A program made the translations under genes and the position numbers. Positions 1 to 10,699 of a stretch of 64,000 nucleotides of DNA are shown one piece after another. The notes under the pieces are model-generated. The model made no database searches. It was not told the origin of the DNA and saw nothing but the letters and a program-made list of their open reading frames with translations. Numbering within the stretch: the first letter of the stretch is position 1; every line of letters begins with the position of its first letter. The stretch spans positions 4,773,489 through 4,837,488 of the forward strand of contig CM121342.1 of NCBI GenBank assembly GCA_051530055.1, written 5' to 3'. This DNA comes from Neoechinorhynchus agilis (lineage: Eukaryota; Animalia; Acanthocephala).

Positions 1-1087
1 ATTTGCAATACTCATGGATGAAAATTGAAACACGGAAGAATCTAACAACAAGAACGAACCGGAATTTAACTGACAAAAAATTAAATACTTTCTAGTAAAT
101 AGAAGCAAAATTGCAATAAGAATAACATTAAAGATTTCTGATTCTAACTAAAAACATCAAAAAAATTTGCAATACTCATGGATGAAAATTGAAACACGGA
201 AGAATCTAACAACAAGAACGAATGGGAATTTAACTGACGAAAAATTAAATACTTTCTAGTAAATAGAAGCAAAATTGCAATGAGAATAACATTAAAGATT
301 TCTGATTCGAACTAAAAACATGAAAATAATGCAAAAATCATGGATGAAAATTGAAACACGGAAGAATCTAACAACAAGAACGAACCGGAATTTAACTGAC
401 GAAAAATTAAATACTTTCTAGTAAATAGAAGCAAAATTGCAATGAGAATAACATTAAAGATTTCTGATTCGAACTAAAAACATCAAAAAAATTTGCAATA
501 CTCATGGATGAAAATTGAAACACGGAAGAATCTAACAACAAGAACGAATGGGAATTTAACTGACGAAAAATTAAATACTTTCTGGTAAATAGAAGCAAAA
601 TTGCAATGAGAATAACATTAAAGATTTCTGATTCTAACTAAAAACATCAAAAAAATTTGCAATACTCATGGATGAAAATTGAAACACGGAAGAATCTAAC
701 AACAAGAACGAATGGGAATTTAACTGACGAAAAATTAAATACTTTCAATTAAATAGAAGCAAAATTGCAATGAGAATAACATTAAAGATTTCTGATTCGA
801 ACTAAAAACATGAAAATAATGCAAAAATCATGGATGAAAATTGAAACACGAAAGAATCTAACAACAAGAACGAACCGGAATTTAACTGACGAAAAATTAA
901 ATACTTTCTAGTAAATAGAAGCAAAATTGCAATGAGAATAACATTAAAGATTTCTGATTCTAACTAAAAACATCAAAAAAATTTGCAATACTCATGGATG
1001 AAAATTGAAACACGGAAGAATCTAACAACAAGAACGAATGGGAATTTAACTGACGAAAAATTAAATACTTTCTGGTAAATAGAAGCG
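1..1087. repeat. Tandem array, 162-164 bp monomer with 490-bp three-monomer higher-order period (truncated by window start)
   Basis: CATGGATGAAAATTG recurs at 13,177,339,503,667,829,993; diagnostic variants recur 490 bp apart. Confidence 0.95.
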
Positions 1088-1881
1088 AAGATGCTGTGAA
1101 AACTGTAGCAAGGACTTCTTCTGAATGCTTGGCTTACAGGCGTAGGAGATTTTGTGTCGGCGAACGGAAAGAAGGACAACACATATTTGACCATTGTAAA
1201 GAACAATAATAAATACTTTGTCTTGATTACGCGCCGGCGCTAAAACATCAAGAATAAGCGTTGCCTGTACTAAATGGCGATCGACAACTGGTGTACTTTG
1301 CGATCGCAGAATAGAAGACGGCCTAAAGTTGAAGGTCTACAGGACAGTTATCCGACCAATGCATGGCGCTTAATGCTGGCCGAGTCACGAGTTTGATGAC
1401 GAGAAGCTCAAGGAGGAGGTGACAGATGAGGAGAACAACGAGATAAGGAAGATCCGAACGTTGGATCAATCAAAATCTCAAGCAGAAGCACCGAAGCCCA
1501 AAGAACAAACCCATAGTGCGATATGGAGCAGTAATCGTAGAGGGGAAGAAGATGTTTTCTGCATATCCTGGATTCCTCGGTTCGTTGCCCATCATCAGAT
1601 GATATACTAATTGTTGGCAGAGTCTCGTTGTTGCGGCTACGGTAACTCCAATCGGCGAAACATCTTTTGTGGGTTTTTTTGCCGCATTTTAACTCACTAG
1701 GAATCCACGATCAAATGTAGACGGTCCAAATCAAGACGGAAAACGTCCTCGGTTCGGTATACGAATCTTCTTACAGTCGCTCCTTCCTTTTTTTCATGGA
1801 ATCGATTAGTGGCGCATTCAAGCTGCAAACTCGTCTCGTTGTGATATATATGAAATCAGCTTACTTGAATAGAGTAGCGTA

Positions 1882-2005
1882 ATGAGCGAGGCTGTTGCTT
1901 TCGGAGAAGTATCATTGAATGGTGAAAGACAAACCGTATCCCAAAGGCCGATTCCACTGAGCGATTATGACGTTCAGGACTTTTGTACGTTCAGCGGCGG
2001 ATGCG
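1882..2005 (+). CDS. Possible first exon of an unidentified gene
   Basis: ATG-initiated MSEAVAFGEV...FSGGC followed by strong donor G|GTAAGT; downstream exons not found. Confidence 0.25.
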
Positions 2006-2169
2006 GTAAGTTCGTAATCGAAGCTCGCAAAAAATATAGCTCATCCATGCTGTCTGTAAAGTGCCCCACCGCAGCGCTGTTTTCATGCTTTTTTCCAATT
2101 CTAAGAGTGTGGTTGAACTACTATAACCTTTTGTTCTCCTTTCATTAGGTTCGGTCTCAACACACACAT

Positions 2170-2890
2170 CAACATTTCCTTCCGAAATTCTCTTCAGTGG
2201 TGTCCTTCAAAAAATTTCAATGGTTCTTGCAGCAAAACTTTTTTAGTTCTTTAATTGTCCTCTCAAATAATTCCTCAACCGCATTTTTTCCTTTTGATTG
2301 TCGTTACTTTAGCAATTTAGAACAAAATGTTTTTTTGGTTTGGACATGGATATTTCAGAGTTTTACTTCTTCGGATTATCAACATTTCCTTCCGAAATTC
2401 TCTTCAGTGGTGTCCTTCAAAAAATTTCAATGGTTCTTGCAGCAAAACTTTTTTAGTTCTTTAATTGTCCTCTCAAATAATTCCTCAACCGCATTTTTTC
2501 CTTTTGATTGTCGTTACTTTAGCAATTTAGAACAAAATGTTTTTTGGTTTGGACATGGATATTTCAGAGTTTTACTTCTTCGGATTATCAACATTTCCTT
2601 CCGAAATTCTCGTCAGTGGTGTCCTTCAAAAAATTTCAATGGTTCTTGTAGCAAAACTTTTTTAGTTCTTTAATTGTCCTCTCAAATAATTCCTCAACCG
2701 CATTTTTTCCTTTTGATTGTCGTTACTTTAGCAATTTAGAACAAAATGTTTTTTTGGTTTGGACATGGATATTTCAGAGTTTTACTTCTTCGGATTATCA
2801 ACATTTCCTTCCGAAATTCTCTTCAGTGGTGTCCTTCAAAAAATTTCAATGGTTCTTGCAACAAAACTTTTTAGTTCTTTAATTGTCCGC
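2170..2890. repeat. Tandem array, 210-bp unit x ~3.4
   Basis: CAACATTTCCTTCCGAAATTCTC at 2170, 2380, 2589, 2799. Confidence 0.95.
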
Positions 2891-3660
2891 TCGAGAAGCG
2901 AATTTTTCTCTTTGTTAAAACCACATCTCATTTTGACCGTCTCCTTCCTACGAGAATCAGTCCAGCTTTTCTCGAACGAAATTGGTCTTTCGCTTTGTAC
3001 TTCACGGATGTCGAAAGTAGGCTAAGTTTGCAACGGAATTGACTAAAAATACTTGTAATCGAGAATATACGAAAATCACACTATTTTAACTGGAATTGCC
3101 AACTTTTTGCCGAAGAAAATTCGTTTTGTCGTCATCGCTCCAAAGTGCCACTTCACGAAATCCATACAGAGGTTCCTTCGATTTATATCACAAAAATAGA
3201 AGCGTAAACTATTCGGAATTCATTCATGAAAAAAAGCAATATGTAACTCATGGAATCCGAATGTACTCGGTGAAATGATCATTGTGAAAATTTCACCGCG
3301 TATAATTCTTTGGAACATTTTTATTCTCCATTTCACCGAAAAATGGATCCAGCATTTCGAAATTTGTACGTGTAAATTCGATTTTTTTGTCTCAATTGTA
3401 CAACATTCTCTTAAGAAATTATTATTTTTACACTTTATAAAATGGTCCAATGAAAAAGGAGAAACGTCTTTATCCCCCATTGCCTCGAGGATGTTCCGAT
3501 GGCACCAATTGTCTGGAAACCTTTTTTGGGCAGTGTCCATTTCGCTACTTCACCGCTTTTCGAGACTGCAAAGAACAAGTTTCTCTAATCTCGACGGCCC
3601 CCACGGAATTATATTTATCTTCTAAGCTCCTTGGTTGATGGGCCATTATGTCCTCTTCAG
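2836..3660 (-). CDS. Unresolved multi-exon gene; last exon PTFDIREVQ...LLERTIKELKSFVARTIEIF*
   Basis: Open frame ending at TGA 2836-2838 behind a TTAG acceptor; upstream open segments lie in different frames and are separated by stem-forming segments; no family recognised. Confidence 0.3.
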
Positions 3661-4210
3661 TAAGAGAAACATCAATAATCTGATTGTAAAATCTGCTACG
3701 GTTCAATCCGCTAGATCTTAAAAATATCGCTTATATGAAATGCATTAATAAAAGATAGAAATTTCCAGATGACTCGTAGTGTAGAAAAGCAAAGATTTCT
3801 TAAAAGATTATTACGATTATTCTCTCGAGTGTGGAATCGATTGATCTGTTCTGAAGGTTGGTTATACAACGACTTTCACATCGAGGACAAACGGGATCAA
3901 AATGGTTAATACGACGAAATCGTAAACTAGAAGCGATCTATCGGGACTTTCCCGATTGACTTTTGTCCCTTATCTACAAAGGCGTTCATGTAAGGTTTTA
4001 GGCGTTAACTTTAAACAAATCATCCTTTTATTCGATTAGTTCTACCATTTTTTTCTTCCTAATTTGCAGTTAATAAAGTTACCAACTTTGAGATGTCAGA
4101 GAATTATAGAATTTCTCGAAGGTCAATTACGCAATTCATTAGTTGAGATCGAAATGTGGAAACTACAAAATCAATCGATCAACTCTTATAGAATTTACAT
4201 CGCTGGAAAT

Positions 4211-4501
4211 ACAAACCATTTTGTAGGAATCAACGCTCCAAATTTAACTTTTCATTAATAATTTAAATTTTTTTTGATAAAAAATCACAATGAGAACTGA
4301 GGAATGCAAACCAGTTTGTAGGAATCAACGCTCCAAATCTAACTTTTCATAAATAATTTAAATTTTTTTTTATAAAAAATCGCAAAGAGAACTGAGGAAT
4401 GCAAACCAATTTGTAGGAATCAACGCTCCAAATTTAACTTTTCATTAATAATTTAAAAAATTTTGGTTAAAAAATCACAATGAGAACTGAGGAATGCAAA
4501 C
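4211..4501. repeat. Tandem array, 95-bp unit x3
   Basis: GTAGGAATCAACGCTCCAAAT at 4223, 4318, 4413. Confidence 0.9.
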
Positions 4502-4639
4502 GAATGGATTTTCTCTTTTTTTTTCATTGGTTCGTGACTTCAAAATGAGGGGTTAAATTCAAAATATATCTGCTAAGATTACTTCTTCCGTACGGGTCCA
4601 ACGTCCTAAAAGCTGCTTTCCACCTAAGAAGATCTTTCA

Positions 4640-5809
4640 ATGGGGAACATATTATCTCATTTTTTAGGTGGCACAATGTTCTCGTCAATGCAACGATGGC
4701 TCAGTACTAAAATGCGAACTTTGTTCGGTCTTAATTCTGCCCCCCCACAAGTGGAATGGACCAGTGAAACTGTTCAAGTAGAAGAAGTGTTGAATCGATG
4801 TGACAACTCGAATGAACCGGAAAAATGCGATGTGTTAAGAGCGAAATCGGCTCTTCAGACTCAAATTTCGCTCTCAGATTCTTCGATTGGGAGTGGCATG
4901 TTGTGGGATTCGGTTGATTCGGATTATGCGGGTTCTTTAAAAGACGAGGTCGATGGTTTTCAAAACGGAGATATCAAAACGTTTGATTATCAAAGTCCCG
5001 AGTGTGAGGCGAACCAATTTCCAATAGACAATATAGAGTTTCGCGTGGATCTCAAAGAATCGGATGGCAAAGACCGAATAGGATTGGTTGACAATGAACA
5101 TTCATCTGAACCGGAAAGGCGTTTATTACCCAAACAAAATGATACAATGAAACCGGAACTCCCAAATACGGATATTTCTGCCGAAAAAACGCCAGAAATC
5201 GGACAAAATTTGCTTGTAATAGAGTCCAAAGACGAGGACGGTCTCAATGCAATCAGTGAAGCGTCTTACATTTTTCAAGATCAGAATGAAGCCAATCGAG
5301 AGTTTATTGATTTCCCCATTGATTTGCTGAAGTCCGACAACAATGGTGGATCGAATGATGAGCACTTAAAAGGTAACCAGGAATTAAACAGCATTTCTAG
5401 TAGAGAAGTGGTGACAAGCGACAAGTTAGAAATTGTCGATAGTCCGAGTGGTCAAATTGTTTCTGTATGCCGAAATGCTTTAAATCCAGTCAGTTTCGAT
5501 GGGAGCACGACTTTTATCAACCGCTCAGTAGACTCACATGAAGTGGAAAATGGAAACCAATTACGCTCACCATTGATTCATCATCATGTAACTCCCATTT
5601 CAAGCCTTCCTTCACATGATTTGCGTGTTCAGTTAGAAAAAGTTCGACGAAAAGCTCGAGCCGGTCAACAGAAAATCCAAATGAAGCAAATTTCAAGCAA
5701 TAAAATCAAACGAATCAATGATGTGGTCTTCAATGCAAAGCGAACTCAAAGTAAAGATTATAAAATGAATAAAATTGGAGGAGATAAGCGACTGAACGGA
5801 AACAAATAG
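4640..5809 (+). CDS. Uncharacterised 389-aa acidic, probably disordered protein
   Basis: Long uninterrupted ORF in AT-rich DNA; no recognisable domain. Confidence 0.6.
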   Translation: MGNILSHFLGGTMFSSMQRWLSTKMRTLFGLNSAPPQVEWTSETVQVEEVLNRCDNSNEPEKCDVLRAKSALQTQISLSDSSIGSGMLWDSVDSDYAGSLKDEVDGFQNGDIKTFDYQSPECEANQFPIDNIEFRVDLKESDGKDRIGLVDNEHSSEPERRLLPKQNDTMKPELPNTDISAEKTPEIGQNLLVIESKDEDGLNAISEASYIFQDQNEANREFIDFPIDLLKSDNNGGSNDEHLKGNQELNSISSREVVTSDKLEIVDSPSGQIVSVCRNALNPVSFDGSTTFINRSVDSHEVENGNQLRSPLIHHHVTPISSLPSHDLRVQLEKVRRKARAGQQKIQMKQISSNKIKRINDVVFNAKRTQSKDYKMNKIGGDKRLNGNK

Positions 5810-5930
5810 AGTTGAACCTAAAAGCGCATTTATGTCGTCTGAATTATTAGTGTTTTAAACAACAAAAATCGGTTTGATTGGCGTCCGAAACCCACTCACA
5901 CAGACAAAAAAAAAGATAATTTTGAAGAAA

Positions 5931-6797
5931 TCAGCACCCGATTTGAAAAGCGGCTCTTACAGTGCGAACCATGTGAGTAGTGCCATTTCGTCTGGTCAAA
6001 CGACATCTTCCTAAAATAGATTTATCCCGGTCCAACATGATTTCTGGATGCGAAACTGTAAATACGGCCATATATGGATCCTCTATAAGCATTATCCGGC
6101 GATTTAGATCTTCTACAGCCACAAGTCGACCGAATCGAGGCGACCAATCGATTTGATGGCTGATAAACACATAGCGAGCTCCTGCTCTAATTTGTAGGAT
6201 CCTCACTAGCGCCTTTAATTTAACAATAACAGTTTCAACCGGATCAGACTTGAGATCTGATGTACCAAAGTGAATAAATACACATCGTGGAGACTGGATG
6301 AATCTTGTCTCCATCACAAACTTGATCGCAGCACGAATCATTTCACCAGATTCTGACCAAACGGAGTAGTTGATTGTTTATAACGCAAAAAAAATTTGTT
6401 GGTGAGGCTATTTATTAAAGTGAAGAAAAGTTGGTGGTTATTGGTCCTTTCCTCCAGTTCTTGGGCTGCATGGAGGGGGGAAGATGCAAAGAATTGGGAT
6501 TGCTCATAGAAATGTGGTGGTAATAAAGGGTTAAGAGGTGTTTTGATTGTTTCGTTGCAAGTTTTCCTCTAACAAGGTCAGTATCCAGTGATTTAGACCA
6601 CCAGCAAAAGTTCGAATGTAAATCCGTCTTCTGCGATCAAGCTGAGCTGGCTCAATGTGCATGATGGTTGCATCGCCCAGCACAAGATGTTCAAAGTTTA
6701 AAGTGCGAACAAAACGTTCATAGCGGCTAAAGTTGCACAAATATTGATCAACTCGTGGATCGTAAGAATGGGAGGAGGATCGGGACATTGGTTGCAT
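5931..6797 (-). CDS. SGNH/GDSL-hydrolase-fold protein, two exons, nucleophile Ser replaced by Ala
   Basis: LVLGDATIMHI (block I GDS-like), RTFAGG (block II), VFIHFGTSDL (block III GTND-like); both ORFs in same frame separated by ~250 nt containing stops. Confidence 0.6.
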
Positions 6798-7118
6798 TTC
6801 AAAGCAATGGAGATGCTTAGAAATGGACGGTTAACTCTCAATTATAGGTGTTTCTATGGGAACGGTCGGGATTAAAAACTTGATTGTTTTCATGATTTGG
6901 AGAAAATGCGAGCTTTAAGAGTTTTAGAAAGAGAGGAAACCTCGCCTTATTGGTTGAAAGTCGTCCAGTAATCAACAACAACAACAACAACAGAACAAAA
7001 TGCATTTTATCCAATATTCGGTGTGTGTACTTCAATTGTTGGATATATGCTTTTAGTCGAACAAGTTCTAGGAAATCTCCGTTCCTTGTGGTGAGCAAAA
7101 TCCCGGCCACACAAAGAT

Positions 7119-7235
7119 ATTTGATCTATTGGAAACTCCTCCACGGTCATTGCTTGTAAGTTTTTTTGTGAAACGCATTCACAGTTGAAAAAACTTACAA
7201 GCAATGACCGTGGAGGAGTTTCCAATAAATCAAAT
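7119..7235. repeat. Near-perfect fold-back, ~48-bp arms, ~21-nt loop
   Basis: ATTTGATCTATTGGAAACTCCTCCACGGTCATTGCTTGTAAGTTTTTT and its reverse complement with one mismatch. Confidence 0.9.
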
Positions 7236-7452
7236 TTTGCTCAGTTATCTCGAAATCTATCGAATAAGATCAATTTATGTACGAATGAAGCACCGTTCTT
7301 AAAGTTTGGTCCATCTGAAAAAAAACTTTTTTCACAATAAATCCGACGTTTCCATGGAGATTGGTCACGTTACTTCACTTGTTTGTCTAAGTGACAGTTT
7401 CATATACTAAACATTTTCAAAGGTTTTTTGTAGGAGTTTAATCCTGAAAAAT

Positions 7453-7845
7453 TTGAAAATGCCGTGCTCTTGCAGTGCGTTTAACTTCATGAACAAATGC
7501 ATTCGTCCGTCGCAGAGGCGTAAAAAGGAACGCAAAGGAGACGAGGTTAACATCGATGATTTCCCACAACACGAACATGATAATATTGAAGCAAATGTCA
7601 ACCAAGCATCTTCTTTAAAAACCAATGGCAACAGTGATCTTGATGATGGTTTGGAAGTAGCGAATTCTGGTTATCCTAAAAGCTTTACAGAGACCTCTAT
7701 AAGTTCACGTAAGCTACGATCTAGAGAAACCAATGCAGAAGTTTACTCGGTCTGTGGCGGAGATCAAAAACGCGATGATCATTGGTGTGGTGAATCCGTT
7801 AGCGAAAATAGCATTGATCCATTTGAGTTTGATATTTTTTATTAA
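7453..7845 (+). CDS. Uncharacterised ORF, probably an exon of a larger gene
   Basis: 130-aa ORF; further short open segments 7990-8090; no domain recognised. Confidence 0.3.
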   Translation: MKMPCSCSAFNFMNKCIRPSQRRKKERKGDEVNIDDFPQHEHDNIEANVNQASSLKTNGNSDLDDGLEVANSGYPKSFTETSISSRKLRSRETNAEVYSVCGGDQKRDDHWCGESVSENSIDPFEFDIFY

Positions 7846-8392
7846 ACCTATATTGAGTAAAATGAATTCGTCATCGCTACTTTCACGATTGATATGTTGG
7901 TTGAGGTGCTTAGCAAAGAAATTTTAAGGTTTAATTCGATTTAGGTGCTTTTGATTCTACAATTCCCATATCTATACAAAATCTAGTGTTGTTGTTTGGC
8001 CAGAAGAAGGAAATTTCATAATAGGAGACGATTGTTTAAGTTTTGTACTGTTAGAGCCAATGAAATTAAAAAAATAAGTGTAGACCAACTTTTTTTAGCT
8101 ACTATTTTTCTCCGTTGAATAGTGGCTGATCAGCGACAGCAGCGTATTTTGAATTGAGCGAAGATATTAAATGATGATTTTGTTTTTAAACTGCCGATAT
8201 TTCTAACGTACAATCTTGCACGCCTTTTCATCAAAGTTGTTTACGTCGTATTCTTCTGTTAACAACCTTGATCAAAAGGCGTACAAGATTGTGGCTACAA
8301 AATAAATTGGCAGCTTAAACAATCGTCATTTAATTCCTTCGCCATATAAAACGATGAATAGAATAGCAACACTCGCAAAATTAGACTTATCG

Positions 8393-9140
8393 TTTAGAAG
8401 TCTTCATCACCCGGTAAATAATTTTCTTTGGTTAAAAACGTTCTACGAACCTCGTGTCAGATTCATCATCCGTTCTAAAATACAAGTGGTTAAATGGATG
8501 ATGAATCCGACATAAGGTTTGCGGAACATTTTTAATCAAAGAAAATTGTTTACCTTGTGATGAAGACTTCTAAACAATAATCCCAATACTTTTGGGAAGA
8601 CGAACTTCCTCTCACATATCGACACTCGAAAAAAGCATTTGATAATAATTTAAGAAAGTAAATTGCAACTTCAGGTACGATAAAGGATAATTTTAGAAAA
8701 TAAACATTAAATAGCCGTAATTTAGAAGTCTTCATCACCCGGAAAAAAATTTTCTTTGATTAAAAACGTTCTACGAACCTCGTGCCAGATTCGTCATCCG
8801 TTCTAAAATACAAGTGGTTAAATGGATGATGAATCCGACATAAGGTTTGCAGAACATTTTTAATCAAAGAAAATTGTTTACCTTGTGATGAAGACTTCTA
8901 AACAATAATCCCAATACTTTTGGGAAGACGAACTTCCTCTCACATATCGACACTCGAAAAAAGCATTTGATAATAATTTAAGAAAGTAAATTGCAACTTC
9001 AGGTACGATAAAGGATAATTTTAGAAAATAAACATTAAATAGCCGTAATTTAGAAGTCTTCATCACAAGGTAAATAATTTCCTTTGATTAAAACCGTTCT
9101 AGTCATCATCAGTTCTAAAATACAAGTGGTTAAATGGACG
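8393..9140. mobile_element. MITE-like element (~180 bp, ~52-bp TIRs) amplified in tandem with 328-bp period (2 full + 1 partial copy)
   Basis: TTTAGAAGTCTTCATCAC at 8393, 8721, 9049; inverted copy GTGATGAAGACTTCTAAA ends at ~8574 and ~8902. Confidence 0.75.
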
Positions 9141-9619
9141 ATAAGGAGCGTTTTGACTTGAGACGCTATTTAGAGGGCTCCTCAATGAGTTGGACAAAAG
9201 AAGAGTGACAAATGGAGCGTCGCAATACCGCGCGAGTGTCTACGAAAGAATCGTAAACACGGCCGACGTCACACATCGACTGTGTTTTGCGAACGAAAAC
9301 GCATCGTTCTTCCCGACACTCGTTCGCGACTACATAAGCGCACTGTTCTCTGTTTCGTTGTCGGCTCTCTGCATCTCTCTCTGTCTCGCGCTCTCTCTCT
9401 CGTTTGTGTGCGTTGAAAGGGGAGGGGGAAGATGACGAGTAGAGTGGCTGCGTCGTGTTCGGAGGAATCAGGGTTTCGATCCAAGTTTTTGCCGTGCGAT
9501 TGAACGCTCGATCTCTTTGGGGTTGGGGAGAGACAAAAAAACGAAAAGTTCATAAAATCAAAAATTGAATCGTCCTACACAAAGGCGTGTGAGTTTCTTT
9601 AAAAAAAGAACTCAAATTT

Positions 9620-10180
9620 CCGTATTGTGGAACCAAAATCTTCTAAAGTTGGTCAAGAGTTTCGAACTTGTCAACAACAAAACTATAAATTATGCCTTGT
9701 AAAAAGAAACACAATGTTCAATGAGTTTGCAAAAGGGCTTTTGGCTCTCACATGACCGATGAATTGGCTTGTTCATTATGAGTTTCCTTTTAAATCGAGG
9801 AGAATGGTGAGTATTTGGAGATAATCTCCTCGAGGATTTTAGACACATTTTAGGTATACATTGAAGCCACACGAGTGAGCATGGCAAATGGAAATTCCGT
9901 AAGTCTTAATTTTGTTTAGTTTTCCAGTATTTCCGCGAAAAAATGTCCAAAACGGTGTTTTTGTTTGGGAACGTTCATAATCGGTAAGCTCGGCGAAAAA
10001 GTTCATTTCAGCAACAGGTTTCAAAAGTCTTTAATAAATTGCAACTTTTAGTAAGGAAATACAGCTCTCATAGGACTTTTCAGCTGAATTTTATAAGAGA
10101 CTGGGCATTGTCAATAAAACGAATCGAAACACAAATGCGTTTTACCATATACACACACAAAAACCCGCCGCCGCCGCCAT
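9620..10180 (-). CDS. Unresolved multi-exon gene starting MAAAAGFCVCI
   Basis: AAG|AATGGCGGCGGCG start context, GTAAAA donor, CCCAG acceptor, downstream open segments (KPVAEMNFFAELTDYERSQ...). Confidence 0.3.
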
Positions 10181-10699
10181 TCTTGGTAAGAACTTGAATT
10201 ATCTACGATTGGCTGAGATTTTCCCTTAATATAGCCTTATGAACGTTGGGACAGCCTAAGAATGCCGATTCAATGGTTGTGACAACCTAAGAATATCTCG
10301 GGTTGTTTTTGAAAACATCAAGCCTCAAAATATCGATCCATCAATAATCACGCGCGACGACGGTGTACATCATATCGATGACGGCCGTTTTAAAGTGATT
10401 TCGCATATCTCCTTAGGAGTATAAAATGAACTCCAATCATCGTCGCCCGACAATTCATTTTTTACCACGTTTCTCTCTCGAAAAATAAGTCATTAAAATG
10501 CCACCAACTCGACATCCTTCAGTCGAAGATGATCTTTAAGAACATCCGGTTCCCATTCATTCAAGAGATTACGAATTGTATCGCTAATTATAGATAATGA
10601 GTGTGTTTTTGTATACAATTCCTTTACAAATGAGAGGTGGGAACGGTACTCCCTTACCACCTTCGTTTTTTGGACGATCTGATAGGGTTGATCACCAAT

